Shown here in pieces: positions 23,960-37,596 of a DNA stretch of 64,000 nucleotides; the stretch's first letter is position 1; every line of letters starts with the position of its first letter. The notes below the pieces were generated by a model. That model was not told the origin of the DNA. It saw nothing but the letters and a program-made list of their open reading frames with translations, and ran no database searches. The position numbers and the translations under genes are program-made. The DNA comes from Antedon mediterranea (lineage: Eukaryota; Animalia; Echinodermata): NCBI RefSeq assembly GCF_964355755.1, contig NC_092677.1, forward strand, positions 25,283,175 to 25,347,174. Direction: 5' to 3'.

Positions 23960-24530
23960 TGCCGCGAGCTATTCTAAACATTTTGCTACCTGCTATATCA
24001 ATGGAGGTGTCCACCGCTGAAACGTGTTCTGAAACTATGGCACTAGTGTACTTAACATTTGGTATTGAAACCTTCATCACGCCATATCTCACAGGTGATT
24101 AGGGATTCGTTTTTATACTGCGCACGCTCAGAACCATAATGAGCCTGCGCGGAGCTATTCTAAATATTTTGCTACCTGCTATATTAATGGAGTTGTCAAC
24201 CGCTGAAAGGTGTTCTGAAACTATGGCGTTAGTGTACTTAACATTTGGTATTGCAACCTTCATCACGCCATATCTCACAGGTGATTAGGGATTCGGTTTT
24301 ATTCTGCGCACGCTCAGAACCATAATGAGCATGCGCGGAGCTATTCTAAATATTTTGCTACCTGCTATATCAATGGAGTTGTCAACCGCTGAAACGTGTT
24401 CTGAAACTATGGCGCTAGTGTACTTAACATTTGGTATTGGAACCTTCATCACACCATATCTCACAGGTGATTAAGGGATTCGGAAAGTAATTCTGCGCAT
24501 GGTCAGAAACATAATGAGCATGCGCAGAAT
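23960..24530 (+). repeat. 186-bp x3 tandem repeat containing exon 5 of copy 4
   Basis: Donor CACAG|GTGAT recurs at 24094, 24280 and 24466. Confidence 0.92.
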
Positions 24531-27500
24531 AACGTTTGATTCAATCTGTGTAGTGTATGTGTTATGCGGCGCGTTGTGAGAAAACGAAAGGTCGACATTT
24601 TTATTAAGCTTGCTCTTCTAACGATAATAACCGCAAAAATTGGGTAAATATTGAATATTATCAAAATATTAATTTTGATTTCTATTTCACTTTTACAGAT
24701 TTTATGTATGACATCACCGGGTCATATGACATAGCGTGGTTCATCTGCGCGGGGCTTTATATGGTCGCTGCCGTGTTCTTTTTACTAGCCATACGTCGTA
24801 GGAACATTGGAAATATAGGCTACTACAGACAAGAACAAAGTTATAACCTAATGAGATAAATTCTAATACCAGTATGACCAAATATTTAAAAAAATAGTAT
24901 GATTATTTATGTTGTGTTTTTGATGTATTAAAGTATAGCATATCGAAAAATGTCTTTGTAGCACGTTTTATGTGGTTGTGATAAGGTCTATTAAACATAA
25001 CTTACTTTATTAATAACTGTTATATTCAATAATCATCAGAACTTCTTCAAGAAACGAACTGTAAAATGTAAAATGCTGCCCTCTAGAGTATCGGTATTGT
25101 ATTTGCAAACATTAGGCCCATTACAAATAACGATGACGTTTTGTAAAATGTATTTTTGTAAATATATATTCTCTGCTGCCCTCTATCGATATTGATAAAT
25201 CGCAAATTGATAACATTCTCTAAAGCCAAATATTTAGTATGAAAAAAAATGAAAACCCTACATCTGGCCTTAATATTGAATGTGGGCGGTTAGCATTGTA
25301 TTGCATTATTTTGTACTATTAATACTATAATAAAAATAATAGTCAAGGCGTCACAACGGCCATAAACATATTTTGAACGACAAACAAATTAAAATGGAAT
25401 ACTAACCCAACATTATTCTAGTCGCTATACATATATAGCTTTCTTATATTATTTTTCGTACCTAAATAAAATCTAAAATAAAAGACGATAATAATAGCTC
25501 GTATAGAAAATGTATACAACTGTGTCCTGATTCAATTTTTCTCCACATTTATCTGACATATTTTTCAAATTGAATTTGTTTTACACAATACATCTTATGT
25601 TACAAAGTATTTAAATTAGTTCCTAAAGAAAACGAAAAAAAAATATATATATAGAAGCAAGTGTCGTGTGTCACCACGGAGGATACGATCGAACCCGATT
25701 CACGACTTTAAAACATACTGAAATATGGGTCGTCGGGGACAACACAGACTGCTTTGTACGCATGCGCAAACAATCTCTGTGCGTGTTCTTGACATTGAAA
25801 ACAACCTAGGCCTACTTAAATGTGACCGCGCGCGACGCTTCTTTTTCGTTGTGAAAAAGCAGCAGGTGAATTTTAAGACAGTTCTGGGAGTATGACCCTT
25901 TCTGTAGAGTATTACTTTGACTGCCTATCATGTAAATACATCCTACTAGGCTACAATTAGAGGCAACAACCTGTTCTGCACCTGAGGAAATATCTAAAGC
26001 TTTCAAACTGTTACATCGATCTGATGATAGTCTTCAACGTTTATTTATATTGATCATTCATCACTTTAGTTGTTTTCGCTATTTCCGGTAGCTTCCTCTT
26101 CGATGGCATGTTTTATCATGATTGATAATAACCTAATTGATTCTTGTCGAAAAAAATGCATAGTAAACATTATTTGTTGTAGGTATTTATAGAAACGAAA
26201 AACGTACAAGATTAATTGAAAACAATTCTTCTTCTTTGACTTAATAGTAGTAATAAAGATAAATATTTTGGCGCATATGGCGTTTCATACCTATACTACT
26301 TGAGCTTAAATTTGAGACAAACATCGACAAGCCTCAAAATAACTACAGACTTGGGGCAAGTCTAGTGCGGTACAAACGAATTATACCGGTAGGTTAATAA
26401 TCCCAACAGGCTGCCAGTCCGATGTGAGTAGGCCTAAAAATAGTGTAGACCTAAAAAGGGTGTAGGCCTAAACAGAAGATCACTACAACGAAGCAATCGT
26501 CTTTAATGAATAGATCACATATTGAAACCTCTTATAAAGTACCACAGAAAACGAATAGAATAAAATTTAGCACTGACTTACTCTGTTACTGAGGATTAAA
26601 TCCATCAAAGTTGCAGGGAATTTTTTTAGTACAGTCTGACTGTTGGTCCTTCCGAATTCAGCTCTGAGATGACACAGAAGACAGCCTAAACCAACAAAAA
26701 GACAAATATAAATGTTTAAAAAAGTAACTTTACATACACTTTTTAACGCGCGCGTGCAAATACGCGCGCGTTCAAATAGTGATAATACTATGGTCAGCTT
26801 TTGCTCGCGCACCACCGTGTCGTCACAGATGATTTATAAAAGACCCTTTTACAAGCCATAAAGCTTTAAAAACTAAACTAAAATATTCAATTATATTTTT
26901 CAAGAAATACTGATAATGTTCTATATGCATAACAACTACAAATAACTTTAGAAAGCAGTTTGGCATTGAGCATGCGTAGTTGGATTCATCTCAAATGAGT
27001 ACGCCCAGTAGAGATCGTGCTACAAGTGAATGTTAGACTGTTTACAGTATTTGGATAATAGCAACATACAGCAGAATACAATAGTGATATCAGAGAGTGC
27101 AAGCATTGTATTTTTCCAGTGAATGCAAGTAGCTCGAACATGTAAGTACATTAAGGCTTCAATTCAAGACCGTTAATTTGTTATAATCGAGGTAAATCAA
27201 AATCTTGTATATTGTAATTGATAACAATAGGATTTGAAGATTGATAAGGTAGGCCTATTATACACAATATGTGCCTCTATTTTGTGCTGTCACGTGACCA
27301 ACAATGTAATGAGGGATTTTAATTTACTTGACACTACTAAAAAGAAATGTGTATGCAGTGTTGATTTATTTCATTATAAATATAACTGACGCGTTCAAAA
27401 ATGGATACATTTCTTTTACGCGCGCGCGTTAACTTCATATCACATGACCTGATGATAGGCCTATAATAAATACAAAGCTGTAATGAGTTCAGGTTCAAAA

Positions 27501-30499
27501 CTGAACTGGCAGTACTAACATTTTATTACACATAATCATTTTGTTTCAAATGCCTCTTGTAAGGGTAGTATGTTAGTGTGGAAAATAATGTAATAGACAT
27601 TATATAGTCGGCGGGGGCTAAAGAAGGATGTATACAGCCGTGTGTTCTATTTCGTCTTAATATAAAGCTCTGTCTACACTGTCAAACTACTTTGACAAAA
27701 AAATGTGATATGCCCGCACAAATATGGTAGTGATATGCCCAAATTAGGTAATGATATGACATCATCATGTCCATATATGGGCACATCACATTTTTTGTCA
27801 CATAAAGTTTGATACTGTAGACAGAGATTTAGTTTGACAGTGTAGACAAGGCTTAAGCCTACTATACTAATTTCATATTTTAAAATTAACAATAGCCGAC
27901 TTTGTAGTTATCTGATGACGTAAGCAATATGTTTTCCTGTGTACAATGAATAACATCAGAAGGTTTGAAAAATTGCAAAACATAAACAACATATGGAAAG
28001 CTATATTAAAATGATATTAAACAATACAAGGGCTTGCATTCAATGTTACAAACTTAAGCACGGTGTCGCATAGGTAAAATAGCTATACTAAGTAAGTAAG
28101 CTATTGATTTGACACAGGTGTATTTAACGATCACAATGCGACGATCTACCGTTATTGAATTTATATAATGTGTGAATGTTAACATGTTAAGGATACCGTG
28201 GTCGCCTATGGCAAGAAGTTTGTACCTATTGTAATGTGTCGAATTTAACACATTTTATTAAATTAATCTTTCATATGTATTATTTTTCAATTACGTAACC
28301 TAACACGTCACAGAATTCGTGTTTTTTTTCGAGTGAAATTCGTGACACACACGGTTCTTAAAATGGCATGATACTATGTAAAATGTGTTTATTATTATTA
28401 TTATTTTAAGATAAAATGAAAACAAGGAAAACATTTATTATGTACTACAGTTAAATCCCTATATATGTACTATATATATATATATCCCTATAAAAGAGAA
28501 ACTTGGATAGGGGTTCCCGTTTACGCGGGAAGTACCAGTATGGTGTTCCCTAAATATGGGTGTCAGATGGAAGGGATTCTGCTGTAATTTTTCTTTTCAA
28601 TTTCAATTTTTTCTATCTTTTTTGTCGTATTTATATGGTGTTTTATTATTTTGTAATATCACGAACTTGTGTAAAATCAATCAATGTTGATTGAACGAGT
28701 TGTACTGCACATCAGTCTCGTGAATAAATAAAGTTTATATATATATTCGTGTTTTTTTTCGAGTAAAATTCGCGTCATTCTTTTCAATTAATACGGATTA
28801 ATAAAAACATTATCAAGTACTGTAAAGCCCTACATTTTCGCGGCCCTAAATCTTCTCGGTTTTACATTTTTTTAATATTTCGCGACCTTTTATTTTGCGA
28901 CCTTTATTTTGCGATTTGAGTTTCTTGGGTAATTTGTTGAACCAAATTGGCGAATGTACACAAAAGGGCAAGCAATGCCTAAGTGAATATTTTATTGCCA
29001 AGGAATCATTAATTATAATGTAGTCTACCAATAATCATATAGTACGGTATAAGTATGGTAAACTTTCTGCGGCCTGACGTTTTTAGTCGCGTGGACGTGA
29101 CTCAATAGTTCACTATGTCGGTCGGTCGGTCGGTCTGTCTGTCGGTCCGGTATCGCTATGCGTTTTATCGCTTTTCTGTACTTTTTGAACTGTTTTGATG
29201 TACATTACTTTTTGAAAGTTCATTTTTTTCTGAGAGCACGCGACTTATGGCTGTTGGCCTTGTTTAAAGTTTGTTTACCATATTCTTTAATAATAATATG
29301 TCAGACGCTACGGTATGTACAACATAATCTGTTTTAAATTACTAAGCGACTGGGTGATGGATGCAGCAAGAATTAAATTACTTTAAAATTATATAATTTC
29401 TATTCCTTCTGGTTAACCACTCCATCAGAAGTGCATATAATATCCCATGATGTGCGAAAAATGATATCATGTCGTTTTAAGCCGTCCTTGAGTAAAACAA
29501 TCACTTCAAAAATGACGTTAAAACATGGCTCCCGCGTGTCAAATAATCGTAAAAAATACGGTTGAAATTGTTACTACAGAACCTTGGAATATTAATATTG
29601 CATTTTCAGGGGAAAAGTCGTTCTACTATTATGAAATAATTGTGTTTTATTGTTTCTCTCCTTGGCTGTCGGAAAAGAAAACCTGCTATTTAATATGGCG
29701 CGAAAAGTTCAATGACATTGTCTGGTTTTGACCAGAAATAGCAAGAGAAGTCTGTACTCTTTATTGGTGTTACATTTACCATAAATGTTGATACTTCATC
29801 TATCCCACAATTCGCTGTATAAAGAAGCATAATGCACCTGACGTATGTTTCTCCCATGATGCCCTGTATAACGGTAGGCCTATATTATTAAACATTCTCG
29901 TCAGCTCATGCTGCTTTACTTTTCACGCTCAAATATACCGTAATTAGTATCATTCCAAGTTTCTCGTTGCCGTTCAGCTTCTGTTCATTTTCGATTGCAG
30001 AATCCGAAGTTATCCGAGTTTATCCGAAGTTATCCGAGTTATCCGAATCTTTGCTTTTGTTTATAGGTTGTTGTGCAGATCGTGATTCAAACAGCAGTAT
30101 AATTAGCCTTCCTTTTAAAAAGTGAGAAAATGTTCATTTTATGTGTGTAACGTGTCTAAGAAAGTTTAAAATGTCATTCTTTTTTTCCAATTTAGCCACG
30201 TCATTGTTAATACATACTAATGTGTAATTATAATATTTGATCTAGCTTCTGGCGACATTAAGACAAGAAGAATATTATTTTAACATGTTATCAAATGTGT
30301 GTATTTCTAATTTGTTTTAAATTGCACATTACACTTCGAGTATAATGAGAGCAAAACTGGGTCATGTCATTGTACTGAATACTTGGTACATACTCCTAGA
30401 ACGCAACGCCCAATAACGCGACGACACGCACAACGCTCTCACAGTTCTCAATTGCGGTACTTAACCTTTAAGCTGTTATTTGAAAGCGGTAGTCATTTG

Positions 30500-31126
30500 A
30501 GGAATAACTTTCATAACTTAAGCTTGGTTCCTACTAGGACGCAACGTAAGGACGTATGCCACACCGTAAAGCGTGGTTCCCACTAGAACGCAATTGAGCG
30601 ACGTATTGACGCAAAGTGATGTATTGCGTAATCACAAGTGGGAACCGACGACGCAACAGTGCTGCAAAAATGTGGCAACCAAGGTTTAAACTTGGTTCTC
30701 ACTAGGACGCAACGTAAATCTTGGTTCCCACCAGAACGCAATGTAAGAACTTAAGCCGCAGCGCAACCATTGACAAGCGACAGTTTGGATAATCCATCGC
30801 TTGTGAGTGGTCAAGTTACTTACGTTACGCTTATGTCCGCGCGATGCGTCCTAGTGGGAACCAAGCTTAAGCGAGTCGACCAATTACAAGCAACAGTTCG
30901 AATAATCCATCGCTTTTGATTGGTCAATTACTACATCTACAATGAATGGATGTAGAAACGCAACGTAAGAAAATGCCCTTCCAATAATTGTGTTTGCCCG
31001 CACCTGCCTGAAATCAAACCTACGATGCTTGCAGCACTATTGCGTCGTCGGTTCCCACTTGTGATTGCGCGATACAGCACTTTGCGTCAATACGTAGTTG
31101 CGTTGCGTTCTAGTGGGAACCACGCT
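30500..31126. mobile_element. Cluster of nested family-A-related MITE variants
   Basis: Repeated GGTTCCCACTAG / CTAGTGGGAACC ends and GTGGGAACCGACGACGCAA internal motifs. Related copies at ~33500-33635, 37850-38140, 38800-39081, 42040-42284, 46660-46841, 47225-47443, 54858-54975, 60680-60800. Confidence 0.75.
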
Positions 31127-34100
31127 TAATATGTTCATATCCATTAGCGAAAAAAAGATGTTCGTTGCGGCGCTCATCATGTTGTCGGCGGTGCTTATCG
31201 AGATGCGACCATTCGATCATTTAAGATATTATTTTAATCTTCATGTTTTGTCATCAAAGGAATACAACACACACAACAAACGTATCAAATGCACACGAAA
31301 TAATTAAATCGAAAACAGAATCATATCACTAACGAAATATCATCCATCTTTATTTCTTATTCTCCCGAGTGGTTTTTTTTAATGTAGGTGTTGAATTATG
31401 AAACATAATATTAGTTTTTGTTTTCAAGGACGAGAAGCAGTAACAAATTACGTATTTATTTGTTTTTATTTTTATATAATACTAATATTATTAACTTTAT
31501 TTATCTTATATCTTATATCACTTAATACATTTGAAAATGCATTCGTATGCGGATATGAATTAAATCAGGTATCTATAACAAAGGCAGCCGCTTATGTTAA
31601 ATTTAAAAAAAATTCTGCTTTATATCTTTTCAAAATAAATGTTAATAAAAGTTACATGTTTGTGGGAATATAGAATAGGGTAATCGCGTGAGCTCATTTT
31701 CATTAAAGGCGAGGTCCAGGACGCAATTGTTTTATTGCAGTTTTATACCTTATTACCGGCATTTTATATGCATTTTTCTTGTTGTCTTTGTGTACATAAT
31801 TATGTTGACAATGATTTTGACCAAATAAATTAATGAATGAATGGTTAGAAATGTTTAAGCCACGCAAATTGATTGAATTGGTGCTTGACGAACGATGAAC
31901 TCTCGTCTGCTGTTCCTCGGTATCGCCACCATGATTTAAGACGCCATATTGGTTAACTGATAATGATTATTTATGAATTAATTGTGAAAATGTATTACAC
32001 GGCTGCGGTGTGTATATTGTGTTACATTAGCCTGTGGTAGACGGGTAAATGTGGAGCATATGCAAACATTTACTATTATACCATAGATACATTGGTAATA
32101 TTGCACATGGTTCTTCTCCTATGTTTTGAATATTAAATGACGATTGAGCAAGAACATCCTAAAGCGTGGTTCCCACTAGCGACGTAACACAAGGACGTAA
32201 CTCAACGCAAGTGAATTGACCAATCACAGGCGATGGCTTATTCGCTTGTGATTGCTAAAGCGTGGTTCCCACTAGCGACGCAACGCAAGGACGTAACGCA
32301 ACCGCAAGTGAATTGACCAATCACAAGCGATGGCTTATTCGCTTGTGATTGCTAACTGTCCCTAACTTCGCTTGTCATTGGTTAAAACGCTTGCGTTGCG
32401 TTTACGTCCTTGCGTTACGTTCTAGTGGGAACCAAGCTTAAAGCTCTGTCTACACTATCAAACTAGTTTGACAGAAAAAAAGTGTGATGTGCCCAAATAT
32501 GGTAGTGATATGCTTAAATGGTAGTGATACTGACATCATCATGTCCATTATGGTCACATCACATCTTTTCCTAAAGCTCTGTCTACACTATCAAACTAGT
32601 TTGACACAAAAAAAGTGTGATGTGCCTAAATATGGTAGTGATATGCTTAAATATGGTAGTGATAGTGACATCATCATGTCCATTATGGTCACATAACATC
32701 TTTTTGGTACATGAAGATTGATAGTGTGGACAGAGCTTAATGGCGTTTGAAGGACACAATCTAAATCTGATGTTTGTGCATCTTATTTACATCGCGTCAT
32801 CTACTTTACATCGCGTCATCTTCTTTACATTGCGTCACCTTATTTACATCGCGTCATCAATTTTGATTATGTAAACGCGATTGTGTTATTGCGTTTGTTC
32901 ACGAGTAGCTCGACGTTCTTAACTTACTCGTGTACAAATTCGTGATAACAACCATTACTTGGTATGTTGATTCAAACGTTGATCTTTTAACAGATCAGCA
33001 GTCGTTCGTCAGTGATGTGTGTTATTGTTTGTTTAGTAACATTCAATTCTTACCTAAAATGGTTAAACGTAATTTGCTTAAAGATGTGTTGTCCTCCAAA
33101 AAAAATATTTGTAAAACATTTTTTGTTGAATTGCTATTTTAATGTCACGTAATAGTTGGAAAAAATTGAATCTAAACAAAATTTATTTACTTGAAAAAAC
33201 TGTAATTTAAAGCCAAAAAATGGTCAAATTGGCTGCCAGCCAATAGACTTTTGGTTAAATTTAACCATTTATTATGTGAAAACATTATTTTTTTTACGTT
33301 TTTTTTTCTACGGAAGTGATTAACTTTATTAAAGCTACAAAATAACCTATTCAAAGTCTGATTTAATTAATCTTTTGTGGGACAATACATATTTTTTTAA
33401 GGAGTGTAATTAAAATAGATTGTATTCCTATTACGAGCGTGCTATGATCTTGGATATAAAGTACACACAGGGCATATGATACATTGAAGATCGGTTCGGA
33501 CCCAACGCAAGGACGCATACGCAACGCAATTGATTATTACCAATCACAAGCGATGGCTTATCCAAACTGTCTATTGTCATTGGTCAAATCACTTGCGTTA
33601 CGCTTACGTCCTTGCGTTGCGTCCTAGTGGGAACAACAATGATGTTTGCGAAGACGAGAGGAGATGCGAAGACGAGATAATATCGATTTCATTTTCTTCC
33701 ACAACGCGACTCTACAGCTCACTATATGTCGGTCGGTCAGTTGGTCGGTTAACACTAACTTGAGCACGCGACTGCAGCCATGTAGATGGCCTTCTTTTCC
33801 TGATTGTTTGTATTCGAGACAGGGTCACAATGCAAAACAGGTTTTCTTTTACCTGATTGTGTAATCCTGTATTGTTACATAAACAAACATTTCGAATTCA
33901 TAAATATATTACTAACAAACAGTTCCACTGTTAGTGTTAGCTATAGTGTGTTTTTTAGTGAAATTAATTTACTACCGAGTTCTTCTCGTCCTCGTAAGTT
34001 GCAACTTTAGTTATACCAGGGAAGAGTAAACATTCAATGGTTATACTACTGTATTTGTTTTTAACAAGCATGTTGATGTTACAATTCTAAAATATCCACA

Positions 34101-34494
34101 CGGTTTGTTTTCCTCAATAACATTAGACAAACAAATTAACATAAACTGAACTAATGAACCAGAACTGAAACTGAACTAAACTTATTTAATATAAACTATG
34201 GAATAACAGTAATACAAACCGATAATTGACGCGTTAGAGACATATGGAAATGTAAGGTAAACGGTAATTCGTTTTAAATGTCACATTGACGACAAATGGA
34301 AACATTGACAATGCTTATAAACCCCACTTAATCCTAGGCTAATAAGCTGGGAGTGTTTCTGGATTACTATCGTCGCCGTTGATGTAAATAATACGGAATG
34401 ACTTCAACATTAATGCTATTTGATTACTAACATGTTCTCTTAAGGCTATCATTTCCGATAATACAATGTTCACAGTGTCATGTACAACAACAGC

Positions 34495-34780
34495 TCCACT
34501 CAACTCGAAATCGTTTTGCTCTCAGGACTATAATATATATATACATATACATTTATGGTTACCTTACAGCAGCAGCTACACTCAACTCGAAATCGTTTTG
34601 CTCTCAGAACTATAATATATCTACACATTTATGGTTACCTTACAGCAGCAGCTACACTCAACTCGAAATCGTTTTGCTCTCAGAACTATAATGTATCTAC
34701 ACATTTATGATTACCTTACAGTAGCAGCTACACTCAACTCGAAATCGTTTTGCTCTCAGAACTATAATGTATCTATACAA
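34495..34780. repeat. ~76-bp tandem repeat x4
   Basis: CACTCAACTCGAAATCGTTTTGCTCTCAG recurs four times. Confidence 0.9.
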
Positions 34781-36452
34781 TTGTATGATTACTTTCCTAA
34801 GGCTTGATTTGTAAGATGCAGACTACTACAACTGCGCTCCACACAAATTTGTCTCATTTTCAAAAAGTTATACCAAGCTTCAATTTAACCATTTTTTTCT
34901 CATAATTTATATCATTCAATTAATTTGGTAAAAACTCTTTGAATAACAATATTTTTAAAAGAATTTACATTAAAAAATGATATGTATAAATCATAAGAGA
35001 ACATTATGGTAAATAATTATAATGGATAGAGAAATGATTACAACAAATCATGTATGTTACAGATAATAACAACAATACAATGTTAGAACAAATATGTATA
35101 AATTACTATATTGATATGAAAATTTATATGGTGGAAATTAAAGTGGGATGAACCTACATATGATAAAAAAAAAACCAATATTATACAGGCATACGATAGT
35201 TAATACAAGAACTTGATTACAAGAAATACACCAGAAATGGTAGTTAAAATGTTACAGTAAGTATAACATGTTTAGCAAACAAGTTGAATAAAAGTATACT
35301 ACTGACTGTTATAATAATGATGAATTTAAATCAATTTTTATCTAAAGAGAGTGTACATTGCAAAAAAGAAAATCCACAAAGAAATAATTGAAAATAAAGT
35401 TAATTCACCAAGATTGTAAAAACAAGTAAAATAATCTATATCCACATTTATGAGACGTTAGAAAATGAGTAAAAAATCATTTATCATCACATTCGTATTT
35501 GTAATGTCAAAATACAATGCCCCAGGGGAAGTAAGTATGTAACTAAAACTTTTTCTATTACAATTCAGTATTTTTTATTAGCATTATTAGCTTTGCAATA
35601 ACAGAGTAAATATAATTTATTTATTTATCTATTTTATGTAATGATAACTATTCAATTCATAATTTAATAACATGTTAATATAATTATTCCTATATAAATG
35701 TCAACATGATTCATTTATCCATTTATTTTAGTTGTTCAAAATCAATTTCAATAACAATATACAATAACAACACGATTGCACGCAATACACAAAAACCACT
35801 GGCTGGTAGCCAATTTGACAATTTTTTAAATTATAGTTTTTTTAGGTAAATAATTTTAATAGGGTTTTTTTCATCCCGTTTTTAGTCAAAGTGACTAACT
35901 AGTATGTGACATTAAAATAATATATTCAACAGCAAAAAATTAAAAAATATTTTCTCAGGGGGACAATTAATACATCTTTAAAAGTAGAAAAACTTGAGAT
36001 AAAACATATTGGTATCTAATTGGCGCGCGTATTAAAGCTTGGTTCCCACTAGAACGTAACGCAAGGACGTAAACGTAACGCAAGCGTTTTAACCAATGAC
36101 AAGCGAAGTTATAGACAGTTAGCAATCACAAGCGAATAAGCCATCGCTTGTGATTGGTCAATTCACTTGCGTTACGTCCTTGCGTTGCATCGCTAGTGGG
36201 AACCACGCTTTAGGATCGAATAAGTAACCCACTAATTAGTGTAGTAAGTTAATATGTTATAATTGATTTATATACTATCTTTACGATTCTAATAAATAAC
36301 TTTTTCTGAGATGAACATTATAAAATGAGTAATGTTGTTAATATCAAAAACAGTAGTAGGCCTAAGTATCAAAATCAATTTCAATAATGTTTATTTTAAT
36401 AGTTTAAATAGAAATACTGTGTGAAGCTCTGTCTACATTATATCAAACTTTA

Positions 36453-36611
36453 AGCTGATTTTCCACTAGGCGAATTTGTTAGCGTGAATCGAAAGCGTTA
36501 GCTTATACGCATGCGTATTCATGTTTCCATCTTCCAAATCTCTATCTACGCATGCGTATAACCTGACGCATTCGATTCGCTCGAACAAATTCGCCTAGTG
36601 GAAAATCGGCT
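36453..36611. mobile_element. MITE family C (ATTTTCCACTAGGCGAATTTGTT TIR) nested inside a family B MITE; second copy ~22997-23137
   Basis: TIRs plus a TTA duplication. The empty site AAACTTTATGTGAC is seen in the uninterrupted B copy at ~38660. Confidence 0.85.
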
Positions 36612-36960
36612 TTATGTGACAAACAAATGAGATGTGCCCATATATGGACACGATTATGTAATATCATTACCATATTTGGCCATATCACTACCGTGTTTGG
36701 GCATATCACTACCATATTTGAGCATATCACTACCATATTTGGGCATATCACTACTATATTTGGGCACATCACTACTATATTTGGCCATATATCACTACTG
36801 TATTTGGGCATATCACTACCATATTTGGGCATATCACTACCATATTAGGGCATATCACTACTATATTTGGGCATATCACTACTATATTTGGGCACATCAC
36901 ACTAGTTTGATGGTGTGGACATAGCTTAATAGAAGATACTCGCAACAAATAAATAATACG

Positions 36961-37596
36961 AACTAGAGGGTACTCCGAGAGTACAAACCTCCGCCTACTG
37001 TAAAATTCCTCTACATAAAATGCCCCCTGAATATTTTTTTAAACATTTTTTTTTATTAGTTCTAAGTGTAAATATGTTAACTGCACACTACAAAGTTGTG
37101 GATGACAGTGTGGTGTAATGGTTATGTATCCAGCCTCTCACAGTTGAGGTCGCTGGTGGTTCAAGCCCCACTGAGGGTTTTTTTTTTTAATTATTTTTTT
37201 ATTTTTTATTTTTTTTTTTTTGATGGACCTTGATCTTTGACCCTGACCCTTCAAAATGTAACCACAATTATATGATGTGTCATTGATCATTGTGGCTAAG
37301 TTTGGTGAGAATCGGATCAAAACTGTGGTCTCTAGACAGTAAAATAGTTTTTTGTTAGTTGTGACCTTGACCTATGACCTTTCCCCCTCAAATTCGAACT
37401 CGTCCGAGCTTTTTGGGCATAGATCATTGTGTCCAAATTTGGTTAGAATCGGACAAAAACTGTGGCCTCCAGGCTGTTCACAGACACACACACAAACACA
37501 CAAACACACACACACAAACACACAAACACACACACACACACACACAAACACAAACATACAGGGGTGAAAACATAACCTCCTTGGCGGAGGTAATAA
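36961..37596. mobile_element. Helentron/HINE-like element with (CA)n tract and internal tRNA-like segment
   Basis: 5' ACCTCCGCC pairs with 3' GGCGGAGGT. 3' hairpin ACCTCC-TTGGC-GGAGGT, TGACCTTGACC motifs, CA repeat at ~37480-37560. Confidence 0.65.

Larger units (their letters stand above)
18720..24859 (+). pseudogene. SLC16-like transporter, copy 4, disrupted
   Basis: Exons 18720-18879, 20411-21839 (split by insertions 20506-21201 and 21284-21704), 22242-22767 (frameshift near 22620-22660), 23246-23473 (2 extra nt at the start, giving an early TGA), 23951-24094 (triplicated), 24699-24859. Confidence 0.85.

Noticed and set aside
25070-25190. Two GCTGCCCTCTA motifs resembling CTCF sites at the end of the transporter array
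   Set aside because: They are only partial matches lacking the GTGG end, and the same motif occurs inside a MITE (~20994).
34495-34780. Regularly spaced repeats resembling a CRISPR array
   Set aside because: The spacers are also repeated (a plain ~76-bp tandem), the context is eukaryotic and no cas genes are present.
36542-36924. Repetitive ORFs (GHITTIF / ISLPYLG), also 57047-57262
   Set aside because: They are translations of the 21-bp MITE-internal minisatellite.
37100-37175. Possible tRNA gene (also ~43215-43280 and ~54280-54340)
   Set aside because: A/B boxes are present, but there is no convincing acceptor or anticodon stem and they lie within repeats; treated as tRNA-derived cassettes.
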